From: Pyrinomonadaceae bacterium
Lineage (GTDB): Bacteria > Acidobacteriota > Blastocatellia > Pyrinomonadales > Pyrinomonadaceae
Reading direction: 5' to 3'
DNA: 64,000 nucleotides
NCBI GenBank assembly: GCA_041750855.1
Contig: JBGSYT010000172.1
Location: forward strand, 6,802-70,801
Shown: positions 44,593-53,063 of the stretch, one piece after another
Numbering within the stretch: position 1 is the first letter of the stretch
Layout: the number at the start of each line of letters is the position of its first letter
Position numbers and translations under genes: made by a program
Notes under the pieces: generated by a model
What the model saw: only the letters and a program-made list of their open reading frames with translations
What the model was told of the DNA's origin: nothing
The model's database searches: none

Positions 44593-45642
44593 TTACGGCC
44601 TCGTCCCATTCTCAAATCCAAGATTCACTGTCTGCCTTACCTCTTTTTTCTTCGACATTCGGTTCGGGGTATCCATCTGCATTTCCGCGGCAGAAAGTTG
44701 GTTTGTGACGGCCACGTCCTTGCCCACGACCTCGAGTTTCACGTCATCGACCCAAACGCGGCCGGTGCCGCTTAGGAGGGTGCCGAACAGTATGTTGACA
44801 GTTTCCGGTGGGACGTCCAGCACAACCTCGTATTGCTTCCAGTCGGTTGTGCCTTTGACCGCTCGCGGCATCATATTGTCGAAACCGAGAAGCCGCTTTT
44901 CGCCGTCGAGGCGCATCCACAGACCGGCAGCTTCAGCAGTGTCGGTCTTGAGCCAGCCTGACAGACGAACGCGTTTTCCTAGATAATCATCGGCGGCGAT
45001 CGCTTGAGCGAGTGAACCAAAGCCTTCGGCCGGTCCGCACGCGAACGCAAGCAACGCGCTTGCGTTTCCACTGCGTTTAACGGCGGTGTCCACCATCATC
45101 GAATATCGTTCTGCATTGCCGATCGGCGTTCGGATCCAGCCGGCCGGCATTCCCGCAACAACCTCCGGGACCGGTTTCGGAAGATCGGAACTGTGCTCGG
45201 CGACCAGTTTCCACCGGCCGTCGCGTTTCGCGAAAATGTTCGTGTAGCGTTCCTCAATCTCGCGGACCATGGATCCGCGGGTCATTTTTGTGACGATCTT
45301 GTAGTTCGCGATCGCGGTGTCGGCACCGGCCGCAATTACTTTTAGATCATCGATCTGGTATGAAAACTTCGCTCTGTCAGCTTCGGGCGTTTTGAAGTAT
45401 GCACGAAACTGCCGATTGGCGAGCTCAAATCTTTCGTATCCATTTCGCTCGCTGTAATAGAAACCATCATCCGCCGGCAGCGCCATTACCGCTGCCTCAT
45501 CGCCCCTGTGCCAGGCATGGTAGTAGTCCCGCACGACCTTCGCGATCTCAGCTTCCACCGTGCCGTTTTGCGCCAGAGTATCTTGAACTCCGCAAGCCGC
45601 AAGTAGTCCCAACATCACAATTAGGAAGATGTTTTGTTTCAT
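44593..45642 (-). CDS. Lipoprotein with an N-terminal NTF2-like (DUF4440-type) domain and a C-terminal jelly-roll-like domain
   Basis: The lipobox is LGLLAAC. The NTF2-like pattern is FAKRDGRWKLVAEH. The C-terminal beta-sandwich-like segment is VRLSGWLKTD ... WKQYEVVLDVP ... VWVDDVKLEV. Confidence 0.6.
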   Translation of the reverse strand: MKQNIFLIVMLGLLAACGVQDTLAQNGTVEAEIAKVVRDYYHAWHRGDEAAVMALPADDGFYYSERNGYERFELANRQFRAYFKTPEADRAKFSYQIDDLKVIAAGADTAIANYKIVTKMTRGSMVREIEERYTNIFAKRDGRWKLVAEHSSDLPKPVPEVVAGMPAGWIRTPIGNAERYSMMVDTAVKRSGNASALLAFACGPAEGFGSLAQAIAADDYLGKRVRLSGWLKTDTAEAAGLWMRLDGEKRLLGFDNMMPRAVKGTTDWKQYEVVLDVPPETVNILFGTLLSGTGRVWVDDVKLEVVGKDVAVTNQLSAAEMQMDTPNRMSKKKEVRQTVNLGFENGTRP

Positions 45643-45685
45643 TTCTTTTCTCCTGCCCTTGATCGGGTCATTGTATTACCGCTTG

Positions 45686-46753
45686 TTATGGTTCGATCAC
45701 GAGGGTCGCGACCACTCCAGCATGATCCGACGGCCGCAATCCGGATGGCGTTATATCGGCAACCGGATCCTCGCCAACTACGTCGGAGCTAATTCCGCGT
45801 ATCGCCCCGCGAGTGAGGATCAGATCGATCCTTTGCGTCGGAGTAGTAAAGATTGACGGCTCCGTCAAAAACAGCGCCCATGTGTAACCAGGATCAGTCG
45901 GATTTGTCTTTTCCCAAACATCAGCATAGCCGGCACCTAGCATTAGGTGGTAGGTCGGCCCACCCGCTTCGGCGTCTGAGTTGAAGTCGCCGGCCAGAAT
46001 GACCGAAGAGCTGGTCGCCGCAGGTGTCTTAATCAGTTCTAAACCTTGAACGAACTGAATGCCCGGGTGAAATGATTCCAGATGAACGTTAATGAACCTG
46101 TAGGTTTTTCCGCGCATCTTGACGTCCACCGATGTCCAGCCTCGCGGGATAGTTACGTTGCCGAAGATCGCGGGCAAGGTCAGAAGGGTAGTGAATGTCT
46201 GAGCCTGGGATCCTTCGAGTTTGAACTGCGAATTTGCCAGATCGGTCCGGGCAAGTATTACGACTCGATCAGTATAGCGGACATCAGCCACTATCGCCGC
46301 TCCGGCAGCGGGCAGTTCGGCATCCAGATTCGTCTGCACCGCCACGGGACCGTAGCTCAGGCCTCGAGACGCTAATTCGTCTAACAGCATTTGAAGAAAA
46401 TCGTAGGCGACCGATGTGGCCGGTGCCTCATCGCCAAATGGCCCTGTCCGCCATAATGCCACCTCTTGTAGACCGACCAGAGTCGGCGATCCGGCTTCGA
46501 TCTGGTCCGCGATCGCGTTGATACGTTCCGCGGGGTTGCTGGCCTGAACATCACCGAATGCCTCCGCCACTTCCGTCACGAGTTCGGGAAATGACTGTGC
46601 GGCGAAGATCTCTGAGAAATCAGTGCCGGGATACATGTTATAGGTCATAACCACCAATTCACGGTCGCGGCTATTCGCATAGGTGGCCGGTAAATTGAGA
46701 CACAACAGAGCAATTGAGATGGTGAAAGCGAAAATGCGTCGCGGGGTAAACAT
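45686..46753 (-). CDS. Secreted endonuclease/exonuclease/phosphatase (EEP) family protein
   Basis: It has a signal peptide, the N-terminal VVMTYNMYPG and the C-terminal RPSDHAGVVATL, both typical of the EEP fold. AGGAGGA lies upstream of the ATG. Confidence 0.75.
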   Translation of the reverse strand: MFTPRRIFAFTISIALLCLNLPATYANSRDRELVVMTYNMYPGTDFSEIFAAQSFPELVTEVAEAFGDVQASNPAERINAIADQIEAGSPTLVGLQEVALWRTGPFGDEAPATSVAYDFLQMLLDELASRGLSYGPVAVQTNLDAELPAAGAAIVADVRYTDRVVILARTDLANSQFKLEGSQAQTFTTLLTLPAIFGNVTIPRGWTSVDVKMRGKTYRFINVHLESFHPGIQFVQGLELIKTPAATSSSVILAGDFNSDAEAGGPTYHLMLGAGYADVWEKTNPTDPGYTWALFLTEPSIFTTPTQRIDLILTRGAIRGISSDVVGEDPVADITPSGLRPSDHAGVVATLVIEP

Positions 46754-46875
46754 AGCTATTAAATCCTCCTGTAATATCGGATCATTACCGATGGTTTTCG
46801 AGATTTGAAAGTAAGAACCTCGTGACTCACGCTAAACCCGACTTGCCCAAACAATCGCATGGCAACTGAAGTTCC

Positions 46876-48012
46876 TCACCCGATGCGGGCGCGCTGGGTC
46901 ACTTCCAACATAGGTTTAAGTTTTTCTTTAGCCGCTTCGGCGAAAGCTTTGGCACCTTCCACGTTGGGGTGCCCGATGGCCGCCAGTTCGCACATTCGGA
47001 CTGCCAGTTTTCCGTAGTGGTCGTGTTTCAGCTCCTCAAATACCTGAGGGCAGATCTCTTTGCGTTCTAGATAGCGTTCGTCTGCAGGCAGATTGTCTTG
47101 GTCCGTTGCCCACAGCATCGATCTCTTTGTACCAAAGCAGGTTTCGTCTGTGATCGGCGATCTGACGAAGGCCACTCTCGGAACCTCGAAACGGGTGTTG
47201 ATCCGTTCGATGGCCTCTCCGATGGCCCGATTCGACTCGTTCAGCCACAGATCAGACCGCTCCGCCATCTTCTTCCTCAGGATCTTGAGAAACTGCCTGC
47301 TGGCGGCGTTCGTGAGCGTGAACTGCAACGGGTGCGGAAACTTGATCGCCTTGAACAGGTACCTCGCGATCTTATTAATGTCGCTTTTTGTTGAGATGAT
47401 CGGAAAATAACCGACGACCGCGAAAGTGGCGTTCGGAAAACTTTCGGTCGCCTCTTCAAGCAGCGTGAACATCGAGTTACCGCAGTATTTGTCGATCCTC
47501 TCGCGCAGAACCTTTTCCTTTACGAACGGGTTTACCGTGTTCGCGACCAAAACATCCGTGATCCCGCCGGAAAGCATGACCAGATCAACGTCACGCGGAT
47601 CGGCGCATTCCGTTCGGGCGACCTGGACCTGCCTTCGAACGCTCGGCTGCGAGATGTTCGCTTCCGGATGGTGGAATTTGTTTACGTCGTCACCTACGGC
47701 GTTCATTTTTTCCAATTCCTCGGGGTGCAGATCTATTCGCGAGCCCGAATGCGCTTTCACCACAAGGTTTACGGGTCGGGAATTCCGAAAGCAGTCGCTC
47801 TCCAGCCACTCTTTCACGAGATAGTAAGTCTTGTTTTCCTTCAGCAACCCTTGTCCGGATATGTGCGAATCGCCAACTACAAGCATTTCGAAAGGCCGGT
47901 CGCCGCTCGCGGTTGGCCCCCAGTGCCCCGGCAAAGCGCTTCGTCCTACGGCCAACACCGTCGCGGCAGCTCCGAATTGACGAAGAAAATAACGCCGAGA
48001 AATCTGGTTCAT
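46876..48012 (-). CDS. Tat-exported SGNH/GDSL-type hydrolase (tentative)
   Basis: The twin-arginine leader is SRRYFLRQFGAAATVLAV. Block I is LVVGDSHISGQG. It has an ATGA overlap with the upstream lipoprotein gene at 48009-48012. Confidence 0.6.
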   Translation of the reverse strand: MNQISRRYFLRQFGAAATVLAVGRSALPGHWGPTASGDRPFEMLVVGDSHISGQGLLKENKTYYLVKEWLESDCFRNSRPVNLVVKAHSGSRIDLHPEELEKMNAVGDDVNKFHHPEANISQPSVRRQVQVARTECADPRDVDLVMLSGGITDVLVANTVNPFVKEKVLRERIDKYCGNSMFTLLEEATESFPNATFAVVGYFPIISTKSDINKIARYLFKAIKFPHPLQFTLTNAASRQFLKILRKKMAERSDLWLNESNRAIGEAIERINTRFEVPRVAFVRSPITDETCFGTKRSMLWATDQDNLPADERYLERKEICPQVFEELKHDHYGKLAVRMCELAAIGHPNVEGAKAFAEAAKEKLKPMLEVTQRARIG

Positions 48013-48578
48013 TTGGCTGGCTCCTTGCGCTGAATGCGGATGGAATTGCTGAACGCGCCAGGTGTACTGACATTTGAGGCGATGAACTTTTGCATGTTTT
48101 TGGACGAGTCGGTAAACAGTATCTCGCCGTCGATCATCGTGTATCGGACCGCAGTCGGGTTATTTTCGAGGAATGGCTTGAGCCATTTCGGTTCGAGATA
48201 GGAAAGTTGGAAAGTTCGTCCTTCGTTCGAGACCTGTACAAATGAATGGACGGGCAAAATGTGTCCTTTAAAGAAATCGTTTCCCGAGAGATGGGACTTC
48301 ACCGGGGCAATGTCCAGGAAAGTCCTTCCTTCGATCTTCAGCAGCCGGGCCTTGAACTCCCCCAGTTTTCCGTCCTCATCGGTGTGAACCAGCTTATAAA
48401 CCTTCTCGTCAGAGAAGGTGAATTCCCACGTCTCAGTTTTTTCATCGTCCGTCCAGACGCCGAGAAGCGCCCTATCAAAGATCAGATCCTGTTCCGTGTA
48501 CAGCGGATTCACCGACGGAACGCACGCGGTCTGGAACACAAGTAATGCCACTAAAACTATCGTATGTGCTTTCATCAT
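48009..48578 (-). CDS. Hypothetical lipoprotein
   Basis: The internal start MMKAHTIVLVALLVFQTAC gives a lipobox. The gene is translationally coupled to the SGNH hydrolase gene. The ORF track start is 48683. Confidence 0.5.
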   Translation of the reverse strand: MMKAHTIVLVALLVFQTACVPSVNPLYTEQDLIFDRALLGVWTDDEKTETWEFTFSDEKVYKLVHTDEDGKLGEFKARLLKIEGRTFLDIAPVKSHLSGNDFFKGHILPVHSFVQVSNEGRTFQLSYLEPKWLKPFLENNPTAVRYTMIDGEILFTDSSKNMQKFIASNVSTPGAFSNSIRIQRKEPAK

Positions 48579-48751
48579 AGTCTTACCTCTCCTAACGTTC
48601 GGCGATCCCTTGATCCCTGGGTTTTGTTTGTTCTCTATGTCAAAGTGCGATTGCATGGAAAACGTGTCATCGATTGCTTTCACCGTGTGCTATGCTACCG
48701 AACGATCAGAACCTAGTCTTGAATTGGGCGTGAATTAACGGTGAATTAACA

Positions 48752-51238
48752 GTGAACCGAGACTTAAGTGACCGGAGAACAGGTGTTTACAGGTTTGACG
48801 AATTCGAGTTGGACCTGGGCAAAGGACTGCTGTTATTCGAAGACCGCCCCGTGCCGCTGCAATGGAAGACGTTCGAAGTTCTTTGTGAACTAATATCTTC
48901 CGGCGGCGACCTAATCCCCCGCGAGGAATTGATAGAGCGCGTTTGGCCCGATTCGTTCGTCGAGGAGAACAATCTCTCGCAGCACATCAGAGCGCTTAGA
49001 AAAGCTCTTGGCGACGGAGAAAATGGAAACAGGTTTATCGAGACTGTTCCAAGGAAGGGCTTCCGCTTTCTCCCGGTGGTCGAGGAAGTGCACTGGCGCC
49101 CGGAGAGCGCCCTGGCCGTTCATGAACCGGCCCACGTGCGACATTCCGCAAGCGATCTTGCATCAACCAGCCGCATACGGCCGCCGGGCTCGGTCAATCG
49201 TCGCCGCTTTGCTTTGGTCCTTCTCGCGGTGGCGTCTGCCGCGGCTTTTTTTGTATGGAACAACTGGGAGGCCTCGAGCGAAGAGCGGTTCAGGTACGCC
49301 AATCAGATCAGGCTCGCTGCTCAGGCGCTCGAATCTTCAGATCTGCCGCTTCTGAACAAATTGTTGGAAGACGCAAGACCGGGATTCTTTGAAGCAGACC
49401 AGCGCGGCTTCGAATGGGCCTATCTTGCACGACGATCCAAGGAACTATCCTCGGCGCCTCAGGCGATCATGATTCAACATAGTGCTGTGGACAGCGTGGC
49501 TTATTCACCCGACGGCAAACTGCTGGCTACGGCAGGCATGGACATGGTCATTCGGCTATGGGACGTCGCAACCGGCCAGCAGATAAAAACCTTCGAGGGG
49601 CATAAAGGCTGGCTGGTTTGGGTCGCCTTTTCACCGGACGGGAAGCGTCTGGTTTCGGGAGCATTCGAAAGATCGGCCAAAGTGTGGGATGTCGAGTCTG
49701 GGCAGGTCATTTCCACTATCAACGGCGAAAGCGTCGGGATCGGATGGTTTGCGTTCCTGCCGGACGGAAAGACGATCGCGGGTGCGGACGGTGACAAGAT
49801 CCGATTCTGGGATACCGAAACCGGAGCTCAGAAACGGATGACGAGCGGACACGCCGAATACATGGATGCCAAGCCCCCGCTGGCATTATCAAATGACGGC
49901 AGGCGTATAGCCGCTCGAACGAACGATCAAGCCGTCGTCGTGTGGGAATTGAACGGTCAACGGGCCTCCTCGTTTCGACCCGATGTTGGCGGGCTTTTTG
50001 ACCTTAAGTTCTCACCGGATTCTTCGATGCTGCTGGCCGGCGGCGATAGCGGAAGGACTGAGCTTTGGAATGCGAACACCGGCGAGCGATTGCAGGAATT
50101 CCTAGGCCATTCTGCGAAGATACGTGACGTCGCGTTCTCGGCCGACGGACGCTTCATCGCAACCGGCAGCGAAGATAATACGGTAAAGCTCTGGGATCCG
50201 GAAAAGGGGATCCTGCTTGCCACGCTTTCCGGACACGCCGACGACGTAACGGCACTAGCCATTTCACCAGACGGATCGAGTGTAGCATCGGGAACAGGCC
50301 AGGACGATATTGTGAGGATCCGGAAGGTGCCGGCGAATTTAAGGTTAGGGATACTTTCGGGCCATTCGAAACCGGTGGGCAAGGTATCATTTTCACCCGA
50401 CAGCAAGGCCCTGGTCTCGGCGAGCGAAGACGGGACGGCGAAACTGTGGAATGTCGAAACTGAGACTGATATCCTTGCCCTGAAAGGACAAACCAGATCG
50501 GTAAATTTTCCGGTTTTCTCTTCATCCGGGAACCTAATTGCGGCGGGGGACGATGATCAAAAAATAAGACTTTGGGAGGCGGGCACTGGTCGTGAAGTGA
50601 TGACGATCGACACACCCAAGCCGGCCACAAATCTCGCCTTCTCTCCGGACGAAAAGCTGCTTGCAACGGGCCATTGGTTCCACGACAGGTCCGTTCGGCT
50701 GTGGGATGTTGGAACCGGCGGGCTTGTATGTTCATTTGAAGCACACAAGGCTGGGCCGGGGCAAATTGAGTTCTCGAGAGACGGTGAAACCCTGCTCACT
50801 TCGGCACTTGACGACAGTTTTGTCCGGCTTTGGGAAACAGTTTCCTGCCGAGAGATCTGGTCATATCAGGGCGAGACGGGCGCTGCTTTATTTGCTCAGT
50901 TTGCTCCGGACGGAAGGCCGCTTGCACTCCAGGTCATAAACGACTTCCGAAGCTTGAAATTGATAGATCTGAGAGCACGTAAAGACATTGCAACCTTCAG
51001 CGGCCACCAGGCAGAATTGAGCGGAGCCAGCCTTTCGCCGGATGGAAACCGTCTGTTCACCAGCGATTCAGAGGGCTTGATAAAAATTTGGGACGCCGTG
51101 ACAGGCCAGGAGTTGCTAACGATCAAAGCAGACATGGGCAAGGTCGAATCGACGGCACTCTCACCCGACGGCCAGGTTCTCGCCGCCGCCGGAAGCAACG
51201 GCACGATACGACTGTGGCGAGCGTCGGTAACCGATTAA
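48752..51238 (+). CDS. Membrane-anchored winged-helix (OmpR/CadC/ToxR-type) transcriptional regulator fused to a long WD40-repeat array
   Basis: The N-terminal Trans_reg_C-like domain is YRFDEFELD ... [11 protein letters not shown] ... [11 protein letters not shown]. It has a single TM ([17 protein letters not shown]). About 14 WD40 units then follow by eye (GH ... SPDG ... LWD pattern). The start is GTG. Confidence 0.85.
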   Translation: MNRDLSDRRTGVYRFDEFELDLGKGLLLFEDRPVPLQWKTFEVLCELISSGGDLIPREELIERVWPDSFVEENNLSQHIRALRKALGDGENGNRFIETVPRKGFRFLPVVEEVHWRPESALAVHEPAHVRHSASDLASTSRIRPPGSVNRRRFALVLLAVASAAAFFVWNNWEASSEERFRYANQIRLAAQALESSDLPLLNKLLEDARPGFFEADQRGFEWAYLARRSKELSSAPQAIMIQHSAVDSVAYSPDGKLLATAGMDMVIRLWDVATGQQIKTFEGHKGWLVWVAFSPDGKRLVSGAFERSAKVWDVESGQVISTINGESVGIGWFAFLPDGKTIAGADGDKIRFWDTETGAQKRMTSGHAEYMDAKPPLALSNDGRRIAARTNDQAVVVWELNGQRASSFRPDVGGLFDLKFSPDSSMLLAGGDSGRTELWNANTGERLQEFLGHSAKIRDVAFSADGRFIATGSEDNTVKLWDPEKGILLATLSGHADDVTALAISPDGSSVASGTGQDDIVRIRKVPANLRLGILSGHSKPVGKVSFSPDSKALVSASEDGTAKLWNVETETDILALKGQTRSVNFPVFSSSGNLIAAGDDDQKIRLWEAGTGREVMTIDTPKPATNLAFSPDEKLLATGHWFHDRSVRLWDVGTGGLVCSFEAHKAGPGQIEFSRDGETLLTSALDDSFVRLWETVSCREIWSYQGETGAALFAQFAPDGRPLALQVINDFRSLKLIDLRARKDIATFSGHQAELSGASLSPDGNRLFTSDSEGLIKIWDAVTGQELLTIKADMGKVESTALSPDGQVLAAAGSNGTIRLWRASVTD

Positions 51239-51443
51239 TTGTACAGTCTAGGTCCTTAGATCGGGCGCATTGACGGCGTCAACGCTCCTCATGCAAGATG
51301 GCGGGCCCAATCGGGTTGAAAGCGCTGAAACAGCCGGGAAGTACGAAACGGCCGGCAGGGAAGGTACACATTTACGCCCAGATCTCGCGGCGGTGAGATC
51401 GGCATTCAGGACAGCGAATATTAAAGGCGAAGCGTCGACGCCT

Positions 51444-52523
51444 CTAATTGATCATTAGATAAAGTCTCCTCCAGAGTGCAGCTCCATCCGACGCCTGTTT
51501 GAACCCTTGAGGGGACGCGGCCGCAGCGTATTCCGGCCCCGCCGGTGCGGGGCATTGGGCCTGAATGTAGATAGTGTTGAACCGCGACGACGCCCGCAGG
51601 GTGAAGTCAACAGGCTGCGATTCGTTCAGCCGAACGAATGTCGCCGTTACCGGATCGTGCGTCCCGAACGTGAACGCGGGTACAGTGACGTTCGCGTTCG
51701 TCGAACTGACGACCGTGTACCCCTGCAAGCCCGCCCCCGAGTTGATCGTATCGACCGTGACCGAACCCGGCCCTGCCGTGATCGCCTGGTACCAGGCCGC
51801 CGCTCCCGGATACACCTCGGTCACCGTGAGCACGGGTGTGCAGGTGCCGCTCGGTGTTGGCGTCGGAGTTGGCGTCGGAGTTGGCGTCGGAGTTGGCGTA
51901 GGCGTAGGTGTAGGTGTCGCGGCACACGTAGGAGTAGCCACTGATCCAACATCCTGAAGTGTGGTTCCATCAGTCGGGTCAAAAGGAACATTCTTTGTAG
52001 TTTGGCTGGTGAATGAGCCGGTTGCGTTAAGGACACCGCAAGTAGAAACAATCGAAAAAGACGGAAATGTAATCGGACCGGGAACTATCGGACCATTATA
52101 GAAAAAGCTGACATTAGACAAATTTGGGTCATCAATACTGGGACCCGAAATAGAAGATGGGGTAAATCCAACCTGCTGAATTGAAATTGCCCATGGAAAC
52201 GGAGAGCTAACACTCACTAAATTAGGAATGTCATAAATTGTAAAGAATGTCCCGGTCGGATTACATTGAATAAGCGTATTGCCGGGACCGGGACAAGTTG
52301 CGCCGGTAGTGGCTGTTGGATCAAGCCTTTCGCTGGCACTAATAGAATAATTATAGTCATATTGAAACTGTCCGCCACCGATATTAGTCGGACCAGCCGT
52401 AAACGACAGCGTGCCGGCCTGAGCTACCCCCGTAAACAATAAAATACCGCCAAGCGCTGCAAAAAGCATATAAGCTCGAATCGGCAAAGAAAACAAACGA
52501 TTTGTTACCAAATTAGAAGACAT
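51444..52523 (-). CDS. Secreted two-domain hypothetical protein with a (Thr-Pro)11 linker
   Basis: It has a signal peptide (AYMLFAALGGILLFTGVAQA), two beta-rich halves, and a central TPTPTP... linker. Confidence 0.55.
   Translation of the reverse strand: MSSNLVTNRLFSLPIRAYMLFAALGGILLFTGVAQAGTLSFTAGPTNIGGGQFQYDYNYSISASERLDPTATTGATCPGPGNTLIQCNPTGTFFTIYDIPNLVSVSSPFPWAISIQQVGFTPSSISGPSIDDPNLSNVSFFYNGPIVPGPITFPSFSIVSTCGVLNATGSFTSQTTKNVPFDPTDGTTLQDVGSVATPTCAATPTPTPTPTPTPTPTPTPTPTPSGTCTPVLTVTEVYPGAAAWYQAITAGPGSVTVDTINSGAGLQGYTVVSSTNANVTVPAFTFGTHDPVTATFVRLNESQPVDFTLRASSRFNTIYIQAQCPAPAGPEYAAAASPQGFKQASDGAALWRRLYLMIN
51853..51918. repeat. 66-nt tandem repeat encoding (Thr-Pro)11, with three perfect 12-nt units (ggcgtcggagtt)
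   Basis: This is direct reading of the sequence. It lies inside CDS 51444..52523. Confidence 0.9.
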
Positions 52524-52664
52524 TTATATTCTTTCTCCCTAAATCCTCATCCGCAATTAATAGAAATTTGCTATGTTAAGTAAAAGAAAAGCCGCAACTT
52601 AGCAATAAATTTGAAACTCTGGTGTGTAAAAGAGAATACAGGGGGAGTTTTATTTTTGCAATAA

Positions 52665-52916
52665 TTTTATCAAGGGATCGAAAAAGATAACGCAGAAAAG
52701 GGGACGAAAAAACCAAAGCTTCCCGAGATTCGGCTCTATAACCTGCGCCACACTACGGCGACTTTGCTCCTGGCGGACGGGGTTAGCCCGAAGGTTGTAG
52801 CTGAAAGATTAGGGCATTCGAGTATCGTTATCACGCTCGACACCCATTCTCACGTGCTCCCGACGATGCAGCAGGACGCCACGGATCGCATGGCGCGGAT
52901 TATGTCGAACGGGTAA
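52665..52916 (+). pseudogene. C-terminal relic of a tyrosine recombinase (phage-type integrase), N-terminally truncated and with the catalytic Tyr replaced by His
   Basis: The frame ending at TAA 52914-52916 reads ...IRLYNLRHTTATLLLADGVSPKVVAERLGHSSIVITLDTHSHVLPTMQQD... The LRHT and LGHSSI boxes are present. The usual D-T-Y-S-H tyrosine is CAT (His) at 52845-52847. An upstream in-frame stop lies at 52662, so only about 65 integrase-like residues remain. Confidence 0.6.
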
Positions 52917-53016
52917 TTTCTATCGGGTTGGCGCACCATAGGCACACAAAAGAAAAAGCGGGTAATTTGCTCCCGTTCTCCTTTACCTGCATGTTATTAT
53001 AAAAAAAGAACTTAAG

Positions 53017-53063
53017 TGGTACACATGGCATGATTCGCACATGCGACCCCTTGATTCGTAGTC
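53017..53063 (-). other. tRNA-Arg(ACG)-like 3' fragment (anticodon loop to CCA), a probable att-site remnant
   Basis: The minus strand reads GA-CTACGAA-TCAAG-GGGTC-GCATG-TGCGAAT-CATGC-CATGTGT-A-CCA. That gives an anticodon loop CU-ACG-AA, a T-arm of 5 bp plus a 7-nt loop, an acceptor 3' strand and CCA. There is no matching 5' acceptor or D-arm, and the anticodon stem pairs for only 2 bp. Confidence 0.45.

Noticed and set aside
51853-51918. A short tandem repeat considered as a possible CRISPR or other array
   Set aside because: The 12-nt units are contiguous without spacers and lie in-frame inside a CDS. No repeat-spacer architecture exists anywhere in the window.
51507-51957. Plus-strand ORFs with RRSW or GVGV repeats
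   Set aside because: They are the antisense and out-of-frame readings of the (Thr-Pro)11 tandem repeat in the minus-strand gene, not independent genes.
51444-52523. A possible PEP-CTERM exosortase substrate
   Set aside because: The C-terminus (..GAALWRRLYLMIN) lacks the Pro-Glu-Pro motif, the TM helix and the basic cluster arrangement. The other secreted proteins in the window also lack it.
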